From assembly GCF_018977255.1 (NCBI RefSeq), contig NW_024704742.1, forward strand, positions 86,430,001-86,494,000: a stretch of DNA of 64,000 nucleotides, written 5' to 3'. The notes beneath the pieces are model-generated. The model did no database searches and had not been told where the DNA came from. It saw nothing but the letters and a program-made list of their open reading frames with translations. The first letter of the stretch is position 1; the number at the start of each line of letters is the position of its first letter. The stretch comes from Callorhinchus milii (taxonomy: Eukaryota). A program made the translations under genes and the position numbers. This document shows positions 1 to 12,510 of the stretch, piece after piece.

Positions 1-494
1 ATACTAGGCTCGAACTGTGAACTCTGCACACGTGTAACAGTGGTCAGTGACCACCCGAATGAAACCAACTCACCAATGCAAAATCCAGGAGTAATACTGA
101 TCACGCTGACTGCAATGCTAGCCTCTGCATCCGGATTAATTATACCTTCCAGGACTAGCTATAAATAAAGAAAAATATAAAAATATTAATTTAGAAACCT
201 GGAAATAAGAGCTTGGTGGGGTTTTGCAGTGGGAGGTTATCAGAGGAGGCCAGTAGCGGGAGCCAATGGGGGAGAATGGGGGGGGATGGGGTGGGGGGGA
301 GGCAATCAGATGGGACCGGCAGTAGGAGAGGCTTGGATTGTCAGGGGGAGAGTTTCGGTTTGGTAGACCAATTGTGGGAACCTTCACTTGCAACAGATTC
401 TGAGTTATTAAGTGACAATTGTGGATCTGAAATAACCAAAGAGTCATTAATTATGATAATCCTTGCATTTGATGTAGCGCCTCATACAGTGGCA

Positions 495-1190
495 GAATTA
501 CCCCACTATTTCGGCTTGCTATTGATCTTTTGATACATCCCAACCTCTGGTTTGTTTTACTCACTGACACAGAGCATTGTTGGGAGAGCTTCAATTTATT
601 GTCAATCAGGACCCCCAGGTTTATTTCATTTTCCATACATATTATTTTCCTTCCGTTCAAATAATAGTCCCTCCAGGATTTTTTTGTCCCCACTTTACAT
701 TTCTCCACATTGAATTTTATTTGCCACCGATCTGCCCAATTCCCAAGTATGTTCAAATCCTCCTTGTTCAGCTTCACAATCTACCACTTTCATTAGCTTG
801 GTGTCATCTGTAAACTTAGTCACTGTGCTTGCGACTCCTAGTTCCAGATCATTTATAAAAATATTAAACAAAAGAGTTCCTGAAACAGACCCTTGTGGAA
901 CTCTCCTGTACCACCACCCTCTGGTTTCTTCCGGTTAATCAATTGCGTATCCATTGCAATATACCTCCACTGATTCCCGCTTTATTTACTTTCATTACTA
1001 GCCTCTCAAGAGAAACTGTATCAAGGGCTTTACTGAAATCCAGATATACAACATCCACAGCCTTAACCTTATCAAGCTCCCTTGTGACACCGTCAAAGAA
1101 AACCAGTAAATTAGATTAGCAAGACCTTCCCTTCATGAACCCATATTGGCTATCATTTATGATTTTATTTCTGTCCAGATTTTCCATGAT
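495..1190 (-). mobile_element. CR1 LINE RT fragment (decayed)
   Basis: Translates to WADRWQIKFNVEKCKV..LGVLIDNKL..QQC..LGCIKRSI, typical of CR1 ORF2. Confidence 0.85.
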
Positions 1191-1359
1191 TTTTCAGATG
1201 TTCCAACAAATCTATACTTAAGTTTATCTTAGACTTTAAGGCAAATTTGTTTTACAGGCTATCACTACATAGAATTTCATTTTCAGAGTTATGCACAGTG
1301 CTATTAACTCAGTAGCATTAAAATTTTTGATAGTCTGACAGGGCTTTTCAAGAGTTTCT

Positions 1360-1526
1360 AATAATAATCCTTGCATTTGCATGATAATAATAATAATAAT
1401 AATCCTTGCATTTGATATAGCGCTTTTCACGTCGGGAGGACGTCCCAAAGCGCTTCACAGAATAAACTTTAAAGTGAGTTGACTGTATATTTGTGGGCGA
1501 ACGCGGCAGCCAATTGCGCACAGCAA
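1360..1526 (-). mobile_element. SINE 3' half with (ATT)n tail, abutting the L2 tail
   Basis: Nearly identical to the 3' half of the full SINE copies at 38468 and 45697. The tail segment is duplicated. Confidence 0.85.
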
Positions 1527-4500
1527 AACAACAACAACAACAACAACAAGATTCCATTTATAAAGCGCCTTTCACGTCAGGAGGACGTCCCAAGGCGCTG
1601 CACAGTTGGGTCATGACCCGAGCAGGGGAGAAATGGTCAGGGTGAGGGGAGGGAAGGGAGGGAGCAAGGAGGGGGGAAATGGTCAGGGTGAGGGGAGGGA
1701 AGGGAGGGAGCGAGGAGGGGAAGAGAGTCGAGAGGGGAGCTGAAGGCTCGGTCAAAGAGAAAGGTTTTGAGACCGGCCTTGAAGGAGGAAAGGGAGGAAG
1801 CAAGGCGAAGGCACTGGGGGATGGAGTTCCAGAGCCTGGGGCTGAGAGGCTGAAGGCCCGACCACCGATGGTAGGGCGGTTGGGGCGGGGGACGTGGAGC
1901 AGACCGGAGCCAGAGGAACGGAGGGTACGGGCAGGTAGGTAGGGGGATAGTAGGTTGGAGAGGTAGGAGGGAGCAAGGCCGTGAATGGCCTTGTAGGTGA
2001 GGATGAGGATCTTGAAATCAATCCTCTGGGGGATGGGGAGCCAGTGGAGGCGAGCGAGGGTGGGAGTGATGTGGTCGCGAAGCCTGGTGCGGGACAGTAC
2101 ACGAGCTGCAGAGTTCTGAATGACCTGCAGCTTGTGGAGGGAGGTGGCGGGAAGGCCGGCGAGGAGAGAGTTCCCATAGTCCAGCCTTGAGGTGACAAAG
2201 GCGTGAACCAGGGTTTCAGCAGCGTGAGGGGTGAGGTAATGCCGTAGTCTGGCGATGTTCCGGAGGTGATGGAAGGCGGTGCCAGTTGTGGTGCGGATGT
2301 GAGGGAGAAAGGACAGCTCAGGGTCGAACAAAACGCCGAGGTTCCTGACTGGCTTTGAGAGGTGGAGAGTGCAGCCTTGGATGCTGATGGTGTCAGCGCC
2401 TGAGGTGCGGAGGCGCTGACGTGAGCCAATCAGGAGGGCCTCGGTTTTTCGCACGTTGAGCTGAAGAAAGTTGTCTCTCGTCCAGGACTCGATGTCGGAC
2501 AGGCAGCTGTCAGGACATCGGTGGTCGTGGAGTTGAGAGTAGAGGAGGAAAGGTAGAGTTGGGTGTCATCCGCATACATGTGGAAGTTAACCCATGTCTG
2601 CGGATGATGTCACCAAGGGGGAGCATATAGAGGGTGAAGAGGAGGGGACCGAGGACAGAGCCCTGAGGGACACCACATGAGACAGTACGGGGGGTGGAGG
2701 AGAAGCCATTCGTCGAGACAAAGTGAAGACGGTGAGAAAGGTACGACCTAAACCATTCAAGGACAGTGCCTTGAAGGTTGAGGTGGGAGGACAAGCGGTG
2801 GAGTAGGATAGCGTGGTCGACCGTATCGAATGCTGCCGATAGGTCGAGGAGGACGAGGAGACAGAGGGAGCCCTGGTCACAGATGGTCAGGATATCATTG
2901 GTGACCTTGACCAGGGCAGTTTCTGTGCTATGGGCAGCACGGAAACCTGACTGAAGGGGTTCGAAAAGAGAATGGGTGGAAAGGAAAGAGCGCAGTTGGG
3001 AGGCGACAACTCTTTCCAAGACCTTGGAGAGAAAGGGGAGGTTGGAGATGGGCCGGTAGCTTGATAGCTGCGACGCATCAAGGGAGGGTTTTTTCAGGGT
3101 GGGCGTGATGATGGCAGTTTTTAATGGAATGGGGACAGAGCCAGAGGAGAGGGACAGGTTGATGATGTCAGTGATATGTGGGGCAAGAAAGTGGAGCTGG
3201 GAGATAAGGAGTGGAGTGGGGATGGGGTCAAGGGAGCAGGTGGTTGGTTTTAGGGATAGGATGAGTTCAGTGACAGAGGGTGGGGAAACGGGTACGAAGG
3301 TGTGTAGGGGAGGATGGGTAGGAGTCGGAGTGTGGGAGGGAAGGGGTGGGTGGTGGGTGGAAGTTGGAGGGGAAGTGACCGCGGAGCGGATTCCCTTGAT
3401 CTTGGATTCAAGGAAATCCAGCATCTCCTCGCAGTGAAGGTTGGAGGAGATGACCTGCGCGGGGTGGCGGGGGGGACGGAGGAGTCGGGTTGTGGTGGAA
3501 AACAGTAGCCTGGGGTTGTTCTTCGCCTCCAGGATTATCCTGGAGTAGAAGGACGACTTGGCCGAGGCTAGAGTGGAGCGGTAAATTTTGAGGAGGTCCA
3601 GCCAGATTTGTCGGTGGACCGTTAGGCCAGATTTGACAAAGGTGCGTTCAGCAGCCCGCACCTGGCTTTTCAGTGAGCGGAGGTGGGTGGTGTACCAGGG
3701 GGAGGAGCGGGAGTAGGAGACAGTGCGGGAAGTGATGGGGGCAAGAGTATCGAGTGTGGAGGAGAGGGTATTGTGGAGGAGGGAGAGAGGAGAAGAGGGG
3801 TCGGTGAGGGTTGAAGGCCAGAGGGAGAGGAGTTCAGAGGACTCCAAGGCATCGGTTAGGGATTGTGGGGGTAACTTCTTCCAAGGGCGGTAGAAGATGG
3901 TGGTGGGTCTGGTGGAGGTGGGGAGGGGGGTGGAGGTGGTGAAGGAGATGAAGTAGTGGTCAGAGATGGCCTTGTCGGTAATAGTGACATCCGAGACACT
4001 GAGGCCCCGGGTGATCACCAAATCGAGTGGGTGGCCGTGACTGTGAGTGGGGGAGTTTATGTGTAAGGAGAGGTTGAGTGAGGAGAGCAGGGAAGAGAAG
4101 TCTGTGGAGATGGAGCAGGAGGGTGTGAAGTGTAGGTTAAAGTCGCCCAGGATGATGAGGCGATCAGAGCAGAGGCAAAGAGATGTGAGGAGTGTTGAAA
4201 TGTCAGAGATGAAGGTGGGAGAGGTTTTAGGGGGCCGGTAGAGGAGGAGGATTTTAAGGGAGAGGAATGAGGGGTGGGAGAGGGTGAGGTGCTCAAAGGA
4301 GGGGAAAGAGCCAGTGGAGTAGGGGGATAGGGCAAGTGGTGTCCTTGAGATAAGGGCAACACCACCGCCACGGCGGTTGGGGCGGGGGATGTGGTGGGAG
4401 GTGTAGCCGGGTGGCGTGGCCTCCGTGAGGGGGAAGGTGTCGCCTGGGGTGAGCCAGGTTTCTGTTAAGGCCATGATATCAACGTTCTCATCAAGGATGA

Positions 4501-5260
4501 GATCGTTGATGACCAGGGCCTTGTTGCAGAGGGAGCGGACATTTTGCAGTCCGATGTGGAGGGAGCGGTTGACAGAAGGGTGTGTGGGAGGGGAGGGGGG
4601 TCCAGGTTGTGAGGCAGGGGTGGGGGGAATGGGGATGAGGGAGGAGAGGTTGACTCCCCGGGTCTGTGTCCGGGGTGGCTGGCGAGTGTGGTGGGGAATG
4701 GGGCAGTCGGTGTGGCTGCTGCTGGACAGCCAACGCCGAGTGCCACGGTGAGCCCGGCGGAGGATTCCCAGGCTGGAACAGAGGGAGGTTGTGGGAGGGT
4801 CAAGTGGGGATAGAAGACGAGAGGGACGGAGAGAGAGGAGGAGAGAGCGGGAGAGATGCAGAGGGGGGAGGGTTTGGGGGAGAGAGGAGGGGGGCGGGAG
4901 GGAGGGGGTGAGGGGGCTCGGGTCAAAGCGGCAGCCATAGTGCGCACGCGGGGACCGGGAGCGAGCGGTCAGGTGGATGGCATTATCCCGTAGATTGGGG
5001 CAGCGAACCCAACAGGACCATAGTGGGCTCTGATGTGAGCCCTGGGGGGGGGGCGCAGAGGGTTTTTTTTGTTTGTTTTTTTTTTGTTTTTTTTTTGCGC
5101 GCGCACGCACCTGAAAACTAGTCTATGACGTCGCAGTTCCCCCGCTCCGCCCCCACCCCTTCCTCCCCCCCCCCCGGGGCTGAACTCGCTCCGGCGTCGA
5201 GTTTAAGTACCTGGGTCAGTAGGCCCAGGCTCCTCCCCGCGCTGTCCTGCCGCCGCTCCC
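1527..5260 (-). mobile_element. Near-intact, apparently full-length L2-clade LINE (~3.7 kb, single EN+RT ORF) in MAMDC2 intron 3
   Basis: APE endonuclease motifs (NVRSL, LTETWL, LGDFN, SDH) and RT motifs ([42 protein letters not shown] after a frameshift). L2-type C-terminus (LHWLPI..RIDFK), 3' stem-loop, (TTG)n tail and GC-rich 5' UTR. Single-base deletions near 2591, 2509 and 1837. Confidence 0.95.
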
Positions 5261-6901
5261 CATGAACACCCATGAAACAAATGACCAATTTAATTTGCAG
5301 GATTGTTGCCCAGGACACCTGGAGAAACTCCCTTCTCTTAAATGGATCACAGGATAGAGGAATCTGAACCTATTGTATTTATATTGATAATATAAACATA
5401 TAGCTAGTGAGACTCAAACTGCACCTAAAACAACACCTCCTATTGCAATTCCTGTTGTATTAAATCTGATATACTGAGTCCTTATTTTTATGGAAAGTTC
5501 CCGCAAAAACTTGAGGCTATTATCATTGCTAACATGTAGTGTAAACTCAGCATTATTTTCAAATTCCAGTTGAGCTGCAACATCTGTTAGATATTCACAT
5601 CATACTTACAGTGGAAATAGAGGGAAACAGTGATATAGAGGTCATTTATGTCTTTGGTACATGATTTTATACTTTATATTAATTGACTCGTGCCCTTGAC
5701 AAATGGGCATCGTACATTGACAAAAATATTGGCTCCAAATTTGTTAATGTCCAAAATTGCTACGTTTTTAAAAAATATAACATTTAAATTTGTTTAAGTT
5801 TGGTGTTTTTTAAACCACAAACCACCAAACTTAACAAACAGATTTAAATTCCCTCATTCGTGGGAAGACATTTGTGGCATTTAATAATGACAATTCTCAT
5901 AAGGAATGTGTTATAAAACAATACAAATTTCACACAACAGTCCATTAACACAGGCTTTTCCCAAAGTGAATAATTTTGGAAACCTGGTGTCATGCTGCTG
6001 TGTTTGTTCCTCAGGCAGCCACTCAGCCTGTCTACAAACAAAGACAGATACAAATATTCAAGAATTTCAAACCATATGACAACCATGTGAGATCAACCCA
6101 AATATTACACAATAGGAGAACCTTTGTACCAAGTGGTATATTGTAATAGTCCATATGGGTTCTGGATCATAAGGAATATCCCGGTGCATCCGATCTACTG
6201 CAATGTACAGGACAAATGTGTGAAATGGTCTCCGACTGTGCCTGAATCAGTGTTCTCAGACTCAATGTTACATTTTTAAGAGTGTTAAGAAATTGGCAAA
6301 TTCTCAAATTCTGGACACTCTAAAATGCCACATTTATAGAATAAATTTAGACCCAAATGGAATTTCTCCCTCTATACAGTAAATCAATAGGAAAAAGTAT
6401 TCCATGGCGTATTTGATTACCCTTATCTATCCTTGTCCTTACAACTCTCAATGTCTTTCTTAACCAGATATTTATTCAGCTCTACCAGAAGATGTTAATC
6501 AATGTATAAATTGTTCCTTTCTTAATACCCATCAATATTCTCCCTTCTTCCTCTCCCAGCAAGGGGTGCAGTTTCACAGGGGCTTTTTCTTCACTGATAT
6601 CTAACCCAAACCAGCATTCTTCTTACGTGAGCCTTGATATTAAGTATCTGCTGGTTGCTTACCTATTCCATGCCAGATGTTCCTTATCTGGAAACTCCAG
6701 GTTTTGCCCACAAAATATAGAGTCAATTCACTTTACAGTATATTCTGTGAAGTGCTTTGATATGGCTCATCAAAGTGATGAGGCGCTATATCAAATGCAA
6801 GGATTATTATTATTAATATAAACTCAATTCTAGGGGAATTGTTTATATAAGTGGTTTTTCATGACTTTCAAAATAAGAAGTAGTTTGTGTAAAATAAGTA
6901 C

Positions 6902-7158
6902 CTTGGATTTGGCTGCTATGTTCCTAAAGTCTATGCTAGCGATTATCCAGCTGTCAGATGGGTCAATAGAAGACCACAGCAAAAAATCAAAACTGTCTCC
7001 TTCGGGTCGAACGTACATATTCAGTCTTCCTGGATCTGAACCAGTCATCTGGTACACGAGCCTCACGCAGCTTTCTCCCAGAGGCGGAAGGTCAGGACTG
7101 GTAAGGAAAGCCGTCTCTACCCTGCCGTTAGGGGACCCTTCAATGTAGATGTAATCCC
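6902..7158 (-). CDS. MAMDC2: MAMDC2 exon 3 (257 nt; GDYIYIEGSPNGRVETAFLTSPDLPPLGESCVRLVYQMTGSDPGRLNMYVRPEGDSFDFLLWSSIDPSDSWIIASIDFRNIAAKSK)
   Basis: Acceptor tttttctttcAG, donor AAG|GTACTT, phase 1-0. MAM-domain motifs SPDL, SCxRLVYQ, SFDxLLWS and PSDSWxIASxD match MAMDC2. Confidence 0.93.
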
Positions 7159-9114
7159 CTGAAAGAAAAAACATCAAAGAGTACTGAACAGAGATTGGGT
7201 AAATTGGTACAAACAAACAACAACAAGATTGCATTTATAAATTTAATTTAAAATAAATGAAATTAAAACAATTTAATTTAAATTAATTTATTGGAAATGT
7301 ATTGCATTGAACATGTCCAGATATGCACCCACAGCAATGATAGTGTCTGTGAAGCCAAATTAGACTCTGCCTAGTTATTGCAGTTTAGTATAGCGTCTTT
7401 CATGTTGCAAGGATATCAGCTCAATATTAAGAAAAACCCAGTATCCTGCCACAAAGGTGTCAAACGCCATGATCCACAGGAGGCAGTGGTCACAGTTGAC
7501 CTGTTGGCTCCAAAACCCAGGAAAAGTGATCGGGGTAAATTGTGACATGTGATGTGCTAATTTTTATATTGATCAATGTCGATGCTGCCTGCATGCTGCC
7601 CAATTCCCATGCTAAAATAAACACAGACTTCCTCTTTATCAGGTCACTGGCAACATCACTTCCTCCATGCTGCACATGAACAAAGCAGGAGGTGGTCAGG
7701 GGTGAAGCTGAAACATACAGTGTGAATCCTGATAAATCCAATATCAGGATCAGTCTCTTGGGCCAAGGCTGAAAGGATGCATTGAAAGGCACAAAGAAGA
7801 ATGAACTCAAAAACTCAAAGATACTTTATACCCTATGTAAGTGATATAAAGATCAACAACATTTTTTGCTGCTGTTATCATTATCCTGATGGCAACTTGA
7901 CTCAAAGACTAAACATCCATAAGGAGCAAGTCTGTGGATAGTAAACAGTGCTTATTCATTCCCTGGAAGCCGTTAGCTTTTACAACAGTCAGCAGTCAGA
8001 TGTCAAGTTTATACCATACTCCTGTTTATCTAGATGACTTTGTTTCGCTTTTTGGGTCTTGATAATCAGTACCTGGGAGGCCTTCTGCATGAAGCCACGC
8101 ACTGTAACAGAGGCTCGAAGTGTGCAGCACTTCTCGTATACTGTACGTCCATGATACACATCCGTTGCACAATTAACGGCCCCATTTCACCCATACAGTC
8201 GATTCACTTTACAGTATATCTGCGAAGCGCTTTGAGACGTCTCAACAATGTGATAAGGCGCTATATCAAATGCAAGGATTATTATTATATAAAGACTCAG
8301 GTGCACTACATAAGAGCATAAAGGGTTCAACTGTATTCAGAATAAGAATCTTAGCTACAGAGTGTCTAGCAGAGAATTTTGTCTTCATTTTTAGAGATTT
8401 GTTTCAAAGGACATATATGAGAGATCCTTCTTTCCTGGAAAATAACATTGCCAATGATAAGTTTTCAGGATGCCAAAATTTTTGAGTGCACATGAATTTC
8501 ACCTTTGGATAAATTACGCGTCTCTCTGAACTACCTCAATTCAGGTGCTTTTTTGACTAGTAGGGTCACAAGTAAGGAAAAAGGCTTGAAACTCCACCTC
8601 ATCTTAGCCCATTTTTGTATTAAAATAGATTTTTGCAGAATTGGCTCTGGTTTTGATTGAATGAATTTAAGAATTTTCGAAAACTCTGTGGGGTCTTAAC
8701 TTTTAACAATAAAATGGTCCCATGGGCTATAAGGCAATTGAATTTCAGACCAAAAGCAGAGCTGTTTCTTCCTGCTCAGACTCAGAGAGGTTTGTACTTG
8801 TTCCTATTAAAAGCTAAAAAAGGAAATACTGACATTGGCATTCTATCACTTTGATAAACAAAAAAAGTGCCTACATTTTTAAAACCAAAGTTGAAGCAAA
8901 AAATATTTTGCTTGGGACTGACATGTTTTTTCTTTTTGATGGATTTGCGTCCTAACCACAATTATTCTGGATTTTTTAAAAAAAAATAGGTTTTATGTGC
9001 TTGAATATTTCTGTCTCAGCATTTCTGTTTTATCAGTACTGCAAATGGAAAATTTTTGGGGAATCGTAATTTCAGTGCAGATGATGACTCAATGGGAAGC
9101 AAGTCACAAAGTTC

Positions 9115-9480
9115 ATAAGATCATAAAACTGGACTGGATGGAAAAGGCCCTTCAGCCCATCCAATCTCATTCTTCCAGAACACAACCTCTACCGTGCCCC
9201 CAATGCAACATCAAGCTACTTTTTAAATGAGTCCAGTGTCCTGGCCTCAACCATCTTTCCTAGCAAACTAGTTCCAGACATTGATTACCCTCTGAGTAAA
9301 GAAAAAACTTCCTGATGTCTTTCCTGCAATTGCCTTTTACAACTCTAAATCTATGTCCTCTTATTCTACTGTCTTGTTGCATCCTAAAGTATTGATCTGG
9401 TTTACTTTTTCATTCCCATTTAGTATTTTTACCCCTCTATAAGGTCTCTTGAGTTGTCTTCTATCAAGATTGAAGAGTCC
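9115..9480 (-). mobile_element. Old CR1 3' fragment
   Basis: Reverse-complement CR1-like ORF2 end and tail. Comparable old fragments at ~14440-14660(-), 32580-32960(+), 33020-33245(+) and 60100-60450(+). Confidence 0.65.
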
Positions 9481-12400
9481 TGAAGTTAATTCAAACAAAG
9501 AAGAATAGCATTATAAATGGACTTGTTTAATGTGGGTCCATGTATATTGCAGGTGCAGCATGGACCAGCAGTAGACTGGAAGGGCATCAAAATTCTGGCT
9601 AGCTTCCTGTACAAAGGCTTCATTGGACACTATTTGAACATAATGTACAGGGAAGATAACCATGGCAGCAAATGAAATGCTCTTATGAAACATAAAGCAT
9701 CCTTCCAAACCACAATCATAATTGCACCCAAGTGTATTTCTTCTGCAAACTACTGTACCTAGAAACAGGCCTAATACTGTATAGATGCTTCTTTTTGCAC
9801 CAGACATTCTCCTCACCTTTTAGCAATGTCTTAAAAAGACTCAATTGGTGCTTTAAAGGCCCATCATCCAAATATTTCAAAAAAGCTCCAGGAATGGAAA
9901 AATAATAACGAATTTTTTTATCTTCCTTTTTTTGGGATCTTCGCTTCAATTGTTCGACCACAAATTACGCAAGAAACTTTACAGTATATCCTGTGAAGTG
10001 TTTATACCTGACATGAAAGGCACTATATCCAACATTTATTTCTGACATGAGAGGCACTACAATCAATAATACTGATTATCAATCAATATTATTAACTGAC
10101 AATAATGATCTCCACCATTTTGCACCATATAAAAGTGGCGAATTTGGCGCAGTAAGTAGAGTTTTTGCCTAATAGTCTTTAAGTCTTTGATCATCACTTA
10201 ACTCTCCCCATTCCCCACTCAATGTAGAGGTCTAATTTACTCACAGTTTAAACTAAGCTACCAGGTGGATGTTAAAAATCCAATGACACTATTTGAAAAG
10301 AGAAGATAGTTTCTCAGCTGATAGCACTTTCGCCTCTAAATCAGAAGGTTGTAGCTTCAAACCCCATCTAGAGACTTTGAATGTTTTGATAGTCAATTCA
10401 CTTTACAATATATTCTGTGAAGCGCTTTGAGATGTCTTGAAGACACGATAAGGCGTTATATCAACTGCAAGGATTATTATTATAATAACTCAAAGTGCAG
10501 GTTGACACTCCAACACAAATTGCCTGCCATGTTTGCCTACAAATACACCATCTCTACACTTTACAGTAATGTAAAATGCTTTGAGGTGTTTTAATTTTAA
10601 TTTCTATCCCGCTCCATCCTCTGCAAAGGCAATTAATTTATCCTTCCTTTTACTGGGGTACAGCTCACCAGATGCCCTCTGTGAAGTAACTGGCCATTAT
10701 TCACCTCTGAGCCTTGACAGTGAGTGAGAAGCATTACACTCATGCCCATTTTCACCCAACATCCACACACGTGCAGGACCACAGCTTCCCTGGAAATGAG
10801 TATACTGAATCTCAGAGTGGGAACTCAGATCAATTTCCCTCTTCCTAACCCAAGGACACTATGGTCTATTGCAACACCTCAATCCCCATCATCGCTGAGA
10901 TCAACTAAGGATGTCTCCAAACCTACATCTTTGACCGTGCCTACTCAATATCCAGCACTGGCTCTGATATGTTACTCTATTTGAAGGACACTATATAAGT
11001 GCAATTATTGTTGTTGTGAACTCAATGTTAACTCATCACAATCCACTAACTTCAGAGTAACAGCACATGCACTATTGCTACGTCTTAATTCAATTTTAGG
11101 AGATGGCACAGGCACAATGGGTCGAATGACTTCCTTCTGTGCTGTAATAGTCTATGATTTACAATTAAGTAGGTCAGCACAGTTTAAAAACAAATTGCAA
11201 ATTTATTGTGAAGCTTCTGAAACCAGAGGATAAAAAAATCTGAATTGCTTCATGAATTTTCTGAGACTTTATCTTGGCTTCACCACATGATTTGCTCTGC
11301 AGAAGTCTTATTCATATTTACTGTGATGACAGCAAGGCTTACTTGTTATTGTGAACAGCAGTCTTGGCTGATATTTTGCCCTCCCTAGCCCAGGATCACT
11401 GAGGCCAACTGTAGCTCTCCTGCAGATAAATTAATATATTCTGTGAATTCAACCTGGACCTCCTGCACTGAATGGGTGGCTCCATTCCACACTGACAGTG
11501 ACAGACAACAGCTGCTTCTATAGTATTTTGACAGGTCTCTGCACTCCCACTCACTTTGAAGTATGTTGGAGATCTATTTGTAACATTATCTACTGCCCTC
11601 AAAATCCCAAGCCTCTCATTGCTAACTCACGTTGTGCATGCTCCCACTTATAGTGGACTGAATATCATCAAGACTGTTTGTTTGTGGGACGCTGCTGTGG
11701 GCAATTGGCTGCCATTCGTCACCATAAACTACAGAGTCAATCCACTTTACAATATATTCTGTGAAGTGCTTTGAGACATCTCAACGTGATAAAGCACTTT
11801 ATCAAATGTAAGGACTATTATTATTAAGTGATGATCAAAGACAGTTCTCAAAGTGAGTAAGTTCTCAGTTGTAGATGTAGAAAGCAATCTCAGTGACATT
11901 CTCAGCAGGAATCCAGTGGATCAGCTGATATAGCCATTGCCCAGTGTGGAACAGAACAACCCTCACAGTCCAGGAGGCCCAGGTTCAACAACAACAACAA
12001 CTTGCATTCCGGAGTGCTTCACAAGGTGGAGTCTGACAACTGAGGTTCAATCCATTGAATGGATTTATTTAGCTGTTGGGGCACTAAAATTGGTCTCAGT
12101 GATCCTGACCAATGGGAAGACAAAAAACAGGCAAGACTCCCACTCCCAATTCCAACCCCAACTGGGGTATGTGCAGGCATGTTGGATGAGCACAGGAATT
12201 GGCATGGCTCCAATGCGCCCACAGTCAACGGCTTTTAGGGAGGTGCAGGTAACTTTACTGCTTCTCTGAGGAGTGCTACTTCAACACCACTGCCTCACAT
12301 CTGCACTATTTAACAAGAACCTCAGGTCAACAGCGAGGCTCATGATGGTACAGTTGCTGGGGAGGGAGTTGGGGACAGTGTACCAACTGATTCACCACCT

Positions 12401-12510
12401 ATGCAACAGACCTGATTGAGGGTCAGTGTTTTCATGGAAGGAAATTACACCCTCAGAAAGTTTCACATACTTGTGATCACGCACTTATGCTATCAATGGC
12501 AAACTGAGTG

